Shown here: positions 1 through 9,907 of the stretch, piece after piece
How the letters are laid out: each line of letters begins with the position of its first letter
Numbering within the stretch: position 1 is the first letter of the stretch
Virus record (IMG/VR): IMGVR_UViG_3300031857_015429
Span: 51,160-71,159 of that record
Strand: one strand, 5' to 3'
Length of the DNA: 20,000 nucleotides
Source of the DNA: an uncultured virus (IMG/VR IMGVR_UViG_3300031857_015429)
Lineage: Duplodnaviria > Heunggongvirae > Uroviricota > Caudoviricetes
The notes under the pieces: model-generated
What the model was told of the DNA's origin: nothing
What the model saw: only the letters and a program-made list of their open reading frames with translations
Databases searched by the model: none
Made by a program: the position numbers and the translations under genes

Positions 1-156
1 CAGACTGACCGATACAAAGATAAGAAACAAACGGGTCTTTGGGATGCAATTCAAAAACTTAAGAATGTTAGTGAGATAGGAGTTTTTGAATTTGGTATGG
101 AAGATGTTGTTCGTAACCCGTTAATCACTAAAATCTTAAACAGATACGAGGAATGA
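1..156 (+). CDS. phoH: PhoH-family ATPase, C-terminal fragment (5' end outside window)
   Basis: Frame 1 translates to QTDRYKDKKQTGLWDAIQKLKNVSEIGVFEFGMEDVVRNPLITKILNRYEE*, matching the PhoH C-terminal pattern QxD...SGL...F...DVVR(H/N)PL. The TGA stop overlaps the next ATG (ATGA at 153-156). Not in the supplied ORF track. Confidence 0.85.
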   Translation, partial: QTDRYKDKKQTGLWDAIQKLKNVSEIGVFEFGMEDVVRNPLITKILNRYEE

Positions 157-746
157 GATTTGGGATTGAGATAAATGGTGTGTTAAGAAATACATTAGGT
201 AAGATAGAACAAACCTATCAAAAATTCTATATTGATAAGACCGAAGGTATTGAGGATGAGGATTCGTTTGAATACAAAATAACCACACCAATAAATTCGT
301 TAGAACTTAAAAATCATTTTGAATTCCAAAGTGACGAAGAGGTGTATTCATTTTTATATGAGGAATTCCCAATGGAAATATTTGGGCATTCTCAATCAAC
401 TGAATATACTACATTCAATGATTTAAATGATATATATGTCAATTACAGAGATTACTTTGATTTCTTAATTGTTTCAGATGAAATTGGTAGGTCAAAACCC
501 GCATCATTATTCTTCCTTTCAAAATTTGGGTGTCAATTAGAAAAAGTTAAATTCTATAGTAATTTAACAATTAATTCAATGTGGGATGAGGTGGATATTT
601 TACTTACATCAAATCCCGCCTTATTATTAGATTATCCTGATGGTAAAATTATAATAAAATATGAGACGGAGTATAACAAAGATATTCCTTGCATTCATAC
701 AATTAGCTCAATAAAAGAGTTGGAAAATAAAATTAAAGAATTGTAA
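153..746 (+). CDS. HAD-superfamily 5'(3')-nucleotidase-like protein with degenerate catalytic motifs
   Basis: N-terminal MRFGIEINGVLRNT resembles HAD motif I (IGIDIDGVLRD). C-terminal WDEVDILLTSNP...IIKYETEYNKD resembles the NT5C-like DVLIDDNP...YN region. Confidence 0.55.
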   Translation: MRFGIEINGVLRNTLGKIEQTYQKFYIDKTEGIEDEDSFEYKITTPINSLELKNHFEFQSDEEVYSFLYEEFPMEIFGHSQSTEYTTFNDLNDIYVNYRDYFDFLIVSDEIGRSKPASLFFLSKFGCQLEKVKFYSNLTINSMWDEVDILLTSNPALLLDYPDGKIIIKYETEYNKDIPCIHTISSIKELENKIKEL

Positions 747-748
747 CT

Positions 749-1015
749 ATGTTAAAAATTTTAAATGAACATTATTATCTTGATTTAGATAAAATGGAGG
801 AATTGGTTAATCTACCAAACTACTCAGAGTCTGGAAGTACAGAACAACATATCAGTGTGGTAAAATATGATATGTTAAAAATTATGGTTGATGTTCTATT
901 AAGTGAAAGTGAAGATGTTGACGAAACATTAGGACCAAAAAGTTCTGAAATATCAATACCTTTTAAATTAGCATTTAATACACTAATAAACAAAAAAATA
1001 ATAAATAAATATTAA
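749..1015 (+). CDS. hypothetical protein
   Basis: 88-aa ORF tightly packed between neighbours (2- and 4-nt gaps); no recognisable motif. Confidence 0.7.
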   Translation: MLKILNEHYYLDLDKMEELVNLPNYSESGSTEQHISVVKYDMLKIMVDVLLSESEDVDETLGPKSSEISIPFKLAFNTLINKKIINKY

Positions 1016-1019
1016 ACAT

Positions 1020-2084
1020 ATGAATCAAGAACAAATTTCAAAATTAGAGAGGTCTATCCAAAATATGAAGGATAAAAAATCTAAAATTTATCTTTTGGCT
1101 CAAGATACTAAAGGTAACGCCAAAGCATCTATTTCATACATTTATAGGTTAGGATTAACGTTAATTAATTCTGGTTATAATGTAATTATGTTACACGAAA
1201 AACCCGATTATACAGGTGTTGGTGAGTGGTTGGGTAATGAGTACATGGAAAAAATACCTCATCAATCAATTGAGGGTCAAAACTTAGAAGTTTCACCCGA
1301 AGATTTTATTGTAGTACCTGAACTTTATGGGTTTGTAATGAGCCAAATCACAAAATTACCTTGTGGTAAAATTGTTTTATGCCAAGCTTATGACCATATT
1401 CTTGAGACATTACAGCCAGGTCAAACTTGGGGTCAATTAGGGTTCCATAAATGTATTACAACATCAGAAGAACAAAAAGAATACATTTCATCATTGATGA
1501 AGAATGTTTCAGTTGATGTTTTAGAACCTTATATTCCTGAAAAATTTTCTAAACCAAGTTTACCATCAAAACCAATAATCGCAATTAACACAAGAGAGCA
1601 AAGAGATTCTATTAACTTAGTTAAAAACTTCTATATTAAATACCCCCAATATAGATGGATTACTTTTCGTGATATGAGAGGATTAACTGAGAAACAGTTT
1701 GCGGATGGACTGAAAGATACTTGTTTATCAGTATGGATTGATGAGACAAGTTCTTACGGTACATTCCCATTAGAATCAATGAAAACGGGTGTTCCTGTTA
1801 TGGGATTAGTTCCTAACTTATTACCTAAGTGGTTGAATGAAAAAAATGGTTTGTGGGCTAATAATAAAATACAGATGGTTGATTTTATTGCGGACTATAT
1901 CCAAAGTTGGCTTGAGGATAATATTGATGAAAATATTTTTTCTGAAATGGATAAAACTGTTTCTGAATTATCAACTCAAGAGCAGTTTGAAAGTACCGTT
2001 TTATCTTTATTTGAATCATACATCTCGGTGAGATTAGAGTCATTTGAAGGTCAATTAATAAAAACAGAAACAATTGATGAATAA
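1020..2084 (+). CDS. glycosyltransferase, GT-B fold (GT4-like)
   Basis: DETSSYGTFPLESMKTGVPVMG matches the GT4 nucleotide-sugar-binding signature (E-x-FGLPxLEAMAxGxPVV). The N-terminal half contains DFIVVPE and KIVLCQAY; length 354 aa. Confidence 0.8.
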   Translation: MNQEQISKLERSIQNMKDKKSKIYLLAQDTKGNAKASISYIYRLGLTLINSGYNVIMLHEKPDYTGVGEWLGNEYMEKIPHQSIEGQNLEVSPEDFIVVPELYGFVMSQITKLPCGKIVLCQAYDHILETLQPGQTWGQLGFHKCITTSEEQKEYISSLMKNVSVDVLEPYIPEKFSKPSLPSKPIIAINTREQRDSINLVKNFYIKYPQYRWITFRDMRGLTEKQFADGLKDTCLSVWIDETSSYGTFPLESMKTGVPVMGLVPNLLPKWLNEKNGLWANNKIQMVDFIADYIQSWLEDNIDENIFSEMDKTVSELSTQEQFESTVLSLFESYISVRLESFEGQLIKTETIDE

Positions 2085-2085
2085 T

Positions 2086-2898
2086 ATGGAAAATGTAGAA
2101 AAATTTGATGTATCGGTTATTTTACCGATTAAAACCAGTAAGGTACTTGGTTTTGAAGATTACTTTAAAAAATGTGTTGAGTCGTTGAAAATTCAAAATA
2201 CTCAAATAAACGAACTTGTAATTGTTTACTGTAATGAAACTTCTCTTACCGAATATTTAAACGGATTTGATTTTGGTTTGTTAAATGTTAAAAAACTTGA
2301 GTGGACTGAAGAACCTAATTATGCCTCACAAATTAATTACGGTATTAAATCTTCAGAATCAAAATGGGTTTCTCTTTTTGAGTTTGATGATGAATACTCC
2401 ACAATTTGGTTTAAGAATGTTAAAAAATATTCTGAATCATATCCAGATGTTGATGCGTTTTTACCAATAGTTGTTGATACCGATGAAAAGGGATTATTTG
2501 CGGGATTTACAAATGAAGCGACATTTGCCGCTAACTTCTCATCTGAAATGGGTATATTAACTAATGAAACTTTACAAGACTACCAAAATTTCCAAATGTC
2601 GGGAATGGTCATTAGAAAAAGTTCTTTCAGTGATTACGACTTAATTAAACCTTCATTTAAACTAACTTTTGGTTATGAAATGTTTTTAAGACTTACTCAA
2701 AAATCAGTTAAAATTATGTCAATTCCAAGAATTGGTTACAAACACGTTAATTTAAGAAACGGCTCAATCTTTTGGAATTACAAAAATGGTAATGAACCAT
2801 TAACTAATGATGAGATTAGGTTTTGGGTTGAGTCAGCAAAAAAAGAATACTTATTTGATGCCGATAGAAACATAAAGTATGAATCTCAAATTGTTTAA
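2086..2898 (+). CDS. glycosyltransferase family 2 (GT-A fold)
   Basis: DVSVILPIK...ELVIV...NYASQINYGIKSSESKWVSLFEFDDEY follows the GT2 pattern (VSVIIP; N.G...A...Y..FLD.DD). Start placed at ATG 2086 just after the upstream stop; the track's 2074 start is a TTG, and ATG 2077 is also possible. Confidence 0.8.
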   Translation: MENVEKFDVSVILPIKTSKVLGFEDYFKKCVESLKIQNTQINELVIVYCNETSLTEYLNGFDFGLLNVKKLEWTEEPNYASQINYGIKSSESKWVSLFEFDDEYSTIWFKNVKKYSESYPDVDAFLPIVVDTDEKGLFAGFTNEATFAANFSSEMGILTNETLQDYQNFQMSGMVIRKSSFSDYDLIKPSFKLTFGYEMFLRLTQKSVKIMSIPRIGYKHVNLRNGSIFWNYKNGNEPLTNDEIRFWVESAKKEYLFDADRNIKYESQIV

Positions 2899-3644
2899 TG
2901 AGCGAAAAAAATGAACTGTCAGAACAATCAAATGAGGTAAAAAAGAAAGGTAGAAAACCAAAACAATCAAATTATTTTGATGTACAGGAAGAAATGGCGG
3001 TTATAGATTTTTTAACCGCCAAAACTTACGAAGAAAAAAACAAAATTTATAATGATTTTTTGAGAAAACCTTTAGATAAAATGATATCGTCAATTATTAG
3101 ACGGTATAAGTTATACAGAAAAGATATGGATTTCTATGAAATACATATAGATACCCATTCATTTTTAATGACTAAAATTGAGAAATTTAAACCTTCTAAA
3201 GAAAAAAAGGCCTATTCTTATTTTGGTACCATATGTAAAAACTATTTAATGGGTCAAATCATAAAGGACCAAAAGGAAACAAATAGAAAAATTTCATATG
3301 AAGACATTTCAAGTGACTTAGAAAATAGTGAACAGTTTTCTTATTCCCTTGATAAGGATACTATAGATTATAGCAGTGTTATTAATAAATTTTTAATTGA
3401 ATTGGATTTATTCATTAAAAATGAAAAATTGTCGGAGAACGAGCATAAATTAGGAATGGCCCTATATGATTTGTTTGATAATTATGAAAGTATTTTTATT
3501 GGGAATGATAATAATAAATTTAATAAAAACATTGTTTTATTATCTCTTAGAGAAATGACAAATTTATCAACAAAAGAAATAAGAAGTTCAATGAAAAAAT
3601 TCAAGGTTATTTATTTAAACCTAATCCAAAATATGGTTAAATAA
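2898..3644 (+). CDS. phage sigma factor, T4 gp55-like (late transcription) / sigma70 region-2-like
   Basis: KIEKFKPSKEKKAYSYFGTICKNYLMGQIIKDQK resembles gp55/sigma region 2 (FDPEK..NPFAYFTQI...AF...I.KEKK). N-terminal K..NYF motif and a possible C-terminal HTH (LREMTNLSTKEIR). Confidence 0.65.
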   Translation: MSEKNELSEQSNEVKKKGRKPKQSNYFDVQEEMAVIDFLTAKTYEEKNKIYNDFLRKPLDKMISSIIRRYKLYRKDMDFYEIHIDTHSFLMTKIEKFKPSKEKKAYSYFGTICKNYLMGQIIKDQKETNRKISYEDISSDLENSEQFSYSLDKDTIDYSSVINKFLIELDLFIKNEKLSENEHKLGMALYDLFDNYESIFIGNDNNKFNKNIVLLSLREMTNLSTKEIRSSMKKFKVIYLNLIQNMVK

Positions 3645-3658
3645 AATTTTTAGATAAA

Positions 3659-3666
3659 TATTTATA
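3659..3666 (+). promoter_or_regulatory. TATTTATA motif, putative late promoter
   Basis: Exact TATTTATA 4 nt upstream of ATG 3671; the motif recurs upstream of several genes on both strands. Confidence 0.6.
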
Positions 3667-3670
3667 TACT

Positions 3671-4042
3671 ATGGGAAGACCACCAAAAAAAGAAATTAAT
3701 TTAACCAAAGAATCAATTTTGTCATTGATGCAAGAAATTTACAATGAACTTGTAGAACAGAGAAATACTGCCATCAGAATTCAAAATAAAATGTTAACAA
3801 TGATGAAGGACCCTGAAGATATGACTTTAATAGGTCCTGTTATTGAAAAACAACAAAAAATTATCAATGACTGTGTGGAAAAAAAATTATCCTTATCTAA
3901 GTTACAAGCAAGTATTTGGGAGAAATCAAATAACACTAGTGAAAGTTTTTCATTGTCAGATATTGATATGGATGATGAGATGATTAAAAGTTTAATTGAC
4001 AAGGATGTTAATACTGGTGGAGGGTCATATAAAATGAAATAA
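3671..4042 (+). CDS. hypothetical helical protein (possibly terminase small subunit-like)
   Basis: 123-aa helical/coiled-coil ORF. GPVIEKQQKIINDCVEKKLSLSKLQ only loosely recalls the T4-like gp16 oligomerisation helix, so the function is tentative. Confidence 0.5.
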   Translation: MGRPPKKEINLTKESILSLMQEIYNELVEQRNTAIRIQNKMLTMMKDPEDMTLIGPVIEKQQKIINDCVEKKLSLSKLQASIWEKSNNTSESFSLSDIDMDDEMIKSLIDKDVNTGGGSYKMK

Positions 4043-4050
4043 TTTAAATT

Positions 4051-5967
4051 ATGGCGTCTATTGACATTAGTGCTGATTACGAAAAATTACAAACTGAGGT
4101 TGAGTCCACTAAAGCGTACAAAAACCTAAAAAAAAGGTATGATGATGCATCTAAAAAATATGGGTCTTCTTTTGAAAAAAGAAAGGACTCTATTACAGGT
4201 CCTTTAGACTCATTTTCCGCCAAGACTAAATCTTTTCAGAGAAAAGTCAAATCTCAATTTGACCATTTATTAGATATAAATGAAGTAACGGGGTCTAATT
4301 CATTACAATACGTTAAAAAAAAATTAATACAAACAGTTAAAACTATTGAACCTAAAATTTTAGAAATTTTATTTGAAGAAATTTTAACTGCGGTGGGTTG
4401 TGACCAACAACAAACTTACGTTGCGGAAAGTCCAATATTAATCAGTGTTGCCTCAATAGATTTAGGGGGCATTTTAAAAATTGACCCTAATAGTAAAGTT
4501 GGTAAATTAATTTACGAAAAAAATAGTGTTGTTATTCAAAACAAACCATTTGCGATGAATAAAGAACTGTATAACGTGACTCAAAACACAAACCCGTATT
4601 CGGTTGTTCATTCTCAATTTTATAAAGGAGATTCAAAACAAAATTTGTTTGACATTGAATTTTTAGAAATTAACCCTATAACAGGGATTGGTGGTGGATG
4701 GTTTAAAGTAACCCCAAAAGCTAGAATTGCGAATATTAACGCAGTTGATGTTAATCAAAATTTAGTTGGTCAGTTTGTTCAGGATTATTTAAACACAATC
4801 AAACTATTTGACGGTCACAATGTTTATGCTTGGTTAATAGATTTTTTAACAGGTGCAATTTCAATAAAGAAAAAAGATAGTGACTCTCAAATAGGAGACA
4901 AATCTTGGCTTAGTTTAAAAGTCCAACGAATGTTAGGTTTATGTTTTGATAATAGGACTGAAATTGATGTTAGTGGTAATGCTAAGATTTCACAATCTGA
5001 CGGTATTGATAATTCTTTTTTTGAGTTGGATGATATAGAGTTAAGGGAAATCGCTCAAAAAATTTCTAATGTAAAAAATGGAGTGATTGAGTTTGAGGAT
5101 TGTGATAATGTTAAGGTACCAGTTAACACTGAAGGGTTATTAGATGAATTAGATAAGTTAACCTATGTCCAAGATGAGGATTTTATTAACACTGCCGATA
5201 GTTTGAGTGATATGGTAGTTTCACCAACAAGTGATAATAAACCAGGGTATGATATAATTGATAAAGATTTCATAAAACAACTATTAGCTGGTTTAGTGGG
5301 AGCATTGTTATCCCCAAAAATTTTACTACCAATATATACTATGATTAAAGCTATTGGTAAAACAATTGACGATACTATAGACAGTTTTGAGAAATTTTGT
5401 AAATTTTTTAAGAATTTCTCTATTAATTTAATCACCAAAATAGGGGCGGTATTTGTTGAGGAGCTTTTTAATATTATTAAAAGAGATATTAAAAATTTAA
5501 TTTTAAGTGTAATTAAAGACATTACAAAAGAAAAACTAGATAAAAGAACTAAAATGATTCTAAGATTAGTTAAAATACTTTTAACCGTTGCTGATTTAGT
5601 AAAACTTATTTCTGATTGGAGGAAATGTAAAAGTGTGGTTGATGAACTTCTAAGTATTATTCAAACGTGGACTACGGGAGTTCAATTAATACCATTCCCA
5701 ATTTTATACACGGCAAGGCTTTTGGATGGTTATTCGGAAACAAGAGCATTTATTGGGACAATTAGTGAATTACAAAAGATTGGAATACCGACAGGCGATA
5801 TGCCAGATGGTAGTCCTAATTTAACTGTATTATCAATGTTCTCACAATTAAAAGCATCATCAAATGAAGAAAATGAAAATGGTAAGGTACAAGTTGCTTT
5901 AGGTCCGTTAACTATAACACCCGCAGGATTTACTGTACCAGCAAGTGCATTTGGAAAAAAAATATAA
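4051..5967 (+). CDS. large hypothetical protein, probably virion/baseplate-associated
   Basis: 638-aa ORF downstream of the TATTTATA motif and two genes upstream of the spike gene; no enzyme motif recognised. Confidence 0.6.
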   Translation: MASIDISADYEKLQTEVESTKAYKNLKKRYDDASKKYGSSFEKRKDSITGPLDSFSAKTKSFQRKVKSQFDHLLDINEVTGSNSLQYVKKKLIQTVKTIEPKILEILFEEILTAVGCDQQQTYVAESPILISVASIDLGGILKIDPNSKVGKLIYEKNSVVIQNKPFAMNKELYNVTQNTNPYSVVHSQFYKGDSKQNLFDIEFLEINPITGIGGGWFKVTPKARIANINAVDVNQNLVGQFVQDYLNTIKLFDGHNVYAWLIDFLTGAISIKKKDSDSQIGDKSWLSLKVQRMLGLCFDNRTEIDVSGNAKISQSDGIDNSFFELDDIELREIAQKISNVKNGVIEFEDCDNVKVPVNTEGLLDELDKLTYVQDEDFINTADSLSDMVVSPTSDNKPGYDIIDKDFIKQLLAGLVGALLSPKILLPIYTMIKAIGKTIDDTIDSFEKFCKFFKNFSINLITKIGAVFVEELFNIIKRDIKNLILSVIKDITKEKLDKRTKMILRLVKILLTVADLVKLISDWRKCKSVVDELLSIIQTWTTGVQLIPFPILYTARLLDGYSETRAFIGTISELQKIGIPTGDMPDGSPNLTVLSMFSQLKASSNEENENGKVQVALGPLTITPAGFTVPASAFGKKI

Positions 5968-5969
5968 TT

Positions 5970-6182
5970 ATGGTAACAACTAAAGATACTGAAAAATTAT
6001 TAGAAATCATTAAAGACCTTAATAATCATTCAAATAAGGATTTAATTTTTGCTATGGATTTACTAAACAAAGATTTTACACATACTAAAGATACGTTAAT
6101 AAAATTAACATATCATTTAGATAAGTTAGAAGAAACCTATAATGTTGTATTAAAGGAATATCAAAAAAGAACCAATACTTAA
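5970..6182 (+). CDS. small coiled-coil hypothetical protein
   Basis: 70-aa ORF filling the gap between two large genes; heptad-like Leu pattern. Confidence 0.65.
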   Translation: MVTTKDTEKLLEIIKDLNNHSNKDLIFAMDLLNKDFTHTKDTLIKLTYHLDKLEETYNVVLKEYQKRTNT

Positions 6183-6188
6183 TAAAAA

Positions 6189-7823
6189 ATGGATACTAGT
6201 CAAATAGAAAAAATAGTCTCAAATTATTTGAGAAAACTTAATTTAAGTCAAATTATTTTTCCTGGTATTGTTTACGATGACCAAGACCCAATGATGTTAG
6301 GTAGGTTACGAGTTGTTCCTGAAACAAAGGCATATAGAGATATTATTGACTCTATTGCTGATTGGGATGAAGAAAAAGATAAATGGACATCAAAAGACCC
6401 AGTTTTATTTTTACCATTATTACCATTTTTTATTAGTCAAACCCCTAAAAAAAATGAATACGTACACATAATGTACTATAATAAGGAGTTCCCTTATACC
6501 AACCAATTCTATATTCAAGGACCATTTTCGTCACCAATGACATCACCGTTTGAGAATTTTCAGGGCGCTAAAAAGTTTTTGGGTACTGGTGATAGAATAC
6601 AAGACAGTATATCCATTAAAAATCAAGATGGTACATATAAACAAGATTTTAGTAAAGGCGTATTTCCTGAGCCAGGTGATAACTCTTTATTAGGTCGTGG
6701 GACTGCGGATATTATTGTTAAAGAAAATGATGTTTTAATTAGAGCGGGTAAAACAAAAAAATTAAGTAAAACTGAATTACCTGTTGCCAACACTAAAAGA
6801 GCGTTTTTACAATTGTCAACATTTGGTCAAGAAAAAGTGGCTCAACCAGAAGAAAAAGTTGCATCATTTATTGAGGTTCCGAAAGTTGTGAAAAAAATGG
6901 TTGTATGGGACATATCTAATTTAGAGAATACTCAAAACGCATTTAATGGTTCTGTTAGTATCTATAACGTACTACCAAGTAAAGAAGTTAACACCCAAAA
7001 TTTTAAATACGATACTATTACTAAAATATCTATTGGAACTAATTATGTTGGTCCTATAGAAAAATTTGAATTTAACGCTAAAGGGATTGATGAAATAACG
7101 ACAATAATAAATAACGTGATACAAGGAGTTGTTATTGGTAATTTAAACATTTCAGGATATACCACAAACTCTCAAACAAATGTTGACCCTAAAGAATCTT
7201 TCCCATTTATAGTAACACCTTCTAAACTAACTTACGAAACGGGATGGGGTCAAAGATTTACTGTCATAAGTACTAATCAAGATATAAATGAAATAAAGAA
7301 TTACACTAATTTTATACAAAAAATAAAGCCAATAACTGATGACACAAAAAAAGGTTTTTTCTTAGTTTGGGATAACAAACAAGGTCAACCTGTTATTGGT
7401 GTACAACAGGAATTAAAAATTGGTAAGGTGACACCATTTGAGACTTTGAATAGGGATGTTACTTATGGGGTCTTAGGGGGTCAAAAATTATACTTACTAT
7501 CTCACGATTCAACAGGACCTAAAGGTACTATTGACTTACAAAATACTCTTTATGGTATACCTCAAGACAATTTTATTGGGGGTACGGGTTCTAGTGGTAC
7601 TGAGAATAGTATCTTCCAAAAAACGTACCCAACAGTAAGGGGTGATGAGTTAATGAAATTATTAATGAAAATTTTTGATTTTGTCACAGGTCACGTACAT
7701 CCTATTGCAACAATGCCACCAGTTCCTGTTTCATCAGGTAATGGCCAAACAACTGCGGAGATACTTGCAATATTGGCGGATTCACAAAATACTATCTTAA
7801 ATCAAAATATTAGAATTAATTGA
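6189..7823 (+). CDS. baseplate central spike/hub protein (T4 gp5 / VgrG / gpV-like OB-fold)
   Basis: [19 protein letters not shown] matches the gp5 OB-fold start (GxVxDxxDPxxLGRxRV), followed by [18 protein letters not shown]-terminal [10 protein letters not shown]...GHVHP has the HxH metal-binding tip motif of gpV/gp138-type spikes. Confidence 0.75.
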   Translation: MDTSQIEKIVSNYLRKLNLSQIIFPGIVYDDQDPMMLGRLRVVPETKAYRDIIDSIADWDEEKDKWTSKDPVLFLPLLPFFISQTPKKNEYVHIMYYNKEFPYTNQFYIQGPFSSPMTSPFENFQGAKKFLGTGDRIQDSISIKNQDGTYKQDFSKGVFPEPGDNSLLGRGTADIIVKENDVLIRAGKTKKLSKTELPVANTKRAFLQLSTFGQEKVAQPEEKVASFIEVPKVVKKMVVWDISNLENTQNAFNGSVSIYNVLPSKEVNTQNFKYDTITKISIGTNYVGPIEKFEFNAKGIDEITTIINNVIQGVVIGNLNISGYTTNSQTNVDPKESFPFIVTPSKLTYETGWGQRFTVISTNQDINEIKNYTNFIQKIKPITDDTKKGFFLVWDNKQGQPVIGVQQELKIGKVTPFETLNRDVTYGVLGGQKLYLLSHDSTGPKGTIDLQNTLYGIPQDNFIGGTGSSGTENSIFQKTYPTVRGDELMKLLMKIFDFVTGHVHPIATMPPVPVSSGNGQTTAEILAILADSQNTILNQNIRIN

Positions 7824-7831
7824 TATTTATA
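7824..7831 (+). promoter_or_regulatory. TATTTATA motif, putative late promoter
   Basis: Exact motif 14 nt upstream of ATG 7846. Confidence 0.6.
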
Positions 7832-7845
7832 TATAAAACGTATAA

Positions 7846-9306
7846 ATGTCAATCAACAATTCATTCTTCAGTAGAAACAATACTATAATTTACAACAGTT
7901 TTGTTAATACAGGTAGAAACCCTGTAACAGAACTTTTTTATGGTTCAGTAATCTCAACTCAGTATCCTAACAATTATAGTCGTTTTATATTTGATTTGGA
8001 TTTGACTCTTTTAAAAGAAAAAATTGCTGATGGTACGATATCAACAACTTGTACTGACGATATCAAACATACTTTAAGAATGGTTAATACCTCAACATTC
8101 AACGACCTATTAAATACAACAACATCTCAAAGTAGAATGAGAGCAACATCTTTTGATTTGATTTTGTTTAGAATCCCATTTATAAATGATGACCCTAATT
8201 TACCACAATTATGGGATGAAGGTGTGGGTTACGATTATGCGGACCTAATTTACGAAATTAAAAATGATAAAAATTTTTCAGACAGACCATCCAATTGGTA
8301 TCAAACAACAACTATTGGGGTTTGGACTGAACCAGGTATTTACAATAACAAAAATAATGGTAATGTGAATTATTCAGGTTTAACTATTGTTGATATACAA
8401 CATTTTGAATTTGGTAATGAGAACATCAGTTTTGATATGACTGATGAGATAAACTCAATATTAAATGGTTCATTAAATAATATTTCAGGATGGGGGGTCG
8501 CCTTTAAACCTCAAGTTGAAAATTTAACGGGTTTAACAGAAAATTATGAGGTTCAATTTTTTACTCGCCATACTCAAACATTTTATGAGCCATATTTAGA
8601 AACTTCTTATAATGATTTAATTGAAGATGATAGGAATTTATTTTCTCTTGGTAAAACAAATAAACTTTATCTTTATTTATTTGATAATGGAAATCCAATT
8701 AACTTGGATTTTACTCCAAATGTTGATATTCATGACTCTTCTGGTAACCCAATTGATGGGTTAACGGGATTAACAACTTGTCAAAAAACCAAAGGTGTTT
8801 ATGAGGTTATAATACCTCCACTTATAGGTTATAAAACACCATGTACATTTACCGATAAGTGGTACAATTTAAAACTTAATGGTTTTACTTTACCGACTAT
8901 CTTTAATGAATTTACACTATTACCATTAAAAAGTTCAATCCAAATTGGTACCTCCTCAGTTGACCCTAAATTATATGGGTTTGATTTTTATGGTATTAAA
9001 CAAGATGAAAAAATATTTAACACTGATGTTAGAAAAGTTGGTGTAATTATTAAACAGGCGTACTCAACTAAAAAATTATTACAACATATTGATGCTAGTT
9101 ATAGGGTTTATGTTAGGGAAGGTCAAACCGAAGTTCAAGTTCAGGGTTGGACCTCAATTAATAGAGCGCCAAATGAATATTATTTCATTTTTGACACAAG
9201 AGATAAAATACCTAACGAATATTATATTGATATAAAAGTGATTAGTAGTGGTGAAGTTAATACTTATAAACAACAAATAAAATTTCAAATAATAAACTAT
9301 AAATAA
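7846..9306 (+). CDS. putative virion structural protein (beta-rich)
   Basis: 486-aa Asn/Thr/Tyr-rich ORF with its own TATTTATA motif, next to the spike gene; the C-terminal region looks beta-sandwich-like (YYFIFDT...YYIDIKV). Confidence 0.55.
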   Translation: MSINNSFFSRNNTIIYNSFVNTGRNPVTELFYGSVISTQYPNNYSRFIFDLDLTLLKEKIADGTISTTCTDDIKHTLRMVNTSTFNDLLNTTTSQSRMRATSFDLILFRIPFINDDPNLPQLWDEGVGYDYADLIYEIKNDKNFSDRPSNWYQTTTIGVWTEPGIYNNKNNGNVNYSGLTIVDIQHFEFGNENISFDMTDEINSILNGSLNNISGWGVAFKPQVENLTGLTENYEVQFFTRHTQTFYEPYLETSYNDLIEDDRNLFSLGKTNKLYLYLFDNGNPINLDFTPNVDIHDSSGNPIDGLTGLTTCQKTKGVYEVIIPPLIGYKTPCTFTDKWYNLKLNGFTLPTIFNEFTLLPLKSSIQIGTSSVDPKLYGFDFYGIKQDEKIFNTDVRKVGVIIKQAYSTKKLLQHIDASYRVYVREGQTEVQVQGWTSINRAPNEYYFIFDTRDKIPNEYYIDIKVISSGEVNTYKQQIKFQIINYK

Positions 9307-9315
9307 GAAAATAAA

Positions 9316-9903
9316 ATGCCAAATTATAATATAGAAAATTGTGCTTCAGGTGATACTTACGTAGTTAGTGCAACATCATTATCGGTAGGTGAAGTTGTTT
9401 CATTTTTTATTGGTGAAACTTCGTTATGTGGTACTGTATTAGGGGTGACTTCAGACCCTATTACACCATTGAGTTTGTATAACGTTAGTCATACTGACTG
9501 TTTAAATTGTTACCAAGAAAATGATAAATCATTTTTAGTGAGAGCTTGTACCAATCCTGAATTAGAAGGACCAGTAAACGCGATTTATTTTTCACAAAAC
9601 CCTATAGGTAGATTCTCAACTATTGAAGGTCCGTTTTGGGAAGGTTCTTTATGTTTTGAAATTTTAGGGGTGTTGGATACCTTGTTTGAAGCGACATTTA
9701 TTGTGAGTGGTTATTATGATGATTGTGGTTGTCAAGATAGAACCCCAAGAAGCGCAAATACTGAAACGGTAATATGTGTTATATGTAGCGGAGAAACAAG
9801 TACTGTAACTCCCCCACATGCGGTTTATACCGATGCTCAAGGTATTGCGGTTACCCAAATGAATACGGTCGTTTTAGGAGGACCCGATGGTTTAAATAGT
9901 TAA
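9316..9903 (+). CDS. cysteine-rich repeat protein with conserved C-terminal CxxC/H module
   Basis: 10 Cys in 195 aa; two imperfect ~65-aa repeats (C...SLC..(V/I)LGV...DC.(.)C). The last 50 aa are homologous to the C-terminus of the next gene. Confidence 0.7.
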   Translation: MPNYNIENCASGDTYVVSATSLSVGEVVSFFIGETSLCGTVLGVTSDPITPLSLYNVSHTDCLNCYQENDKSFLVRACTNPELEGPVNAIYFSQNPIGRFSTIEGPFWEGSLCFEILGVLDTLFEATFIVSGYYDDCGCQDRTPRSANTETVICVICSGETSTVTPPHAVYTDAQGIAVTQMNTVVLGGPDGLNS

Positions 9904-9907
9904 TATT

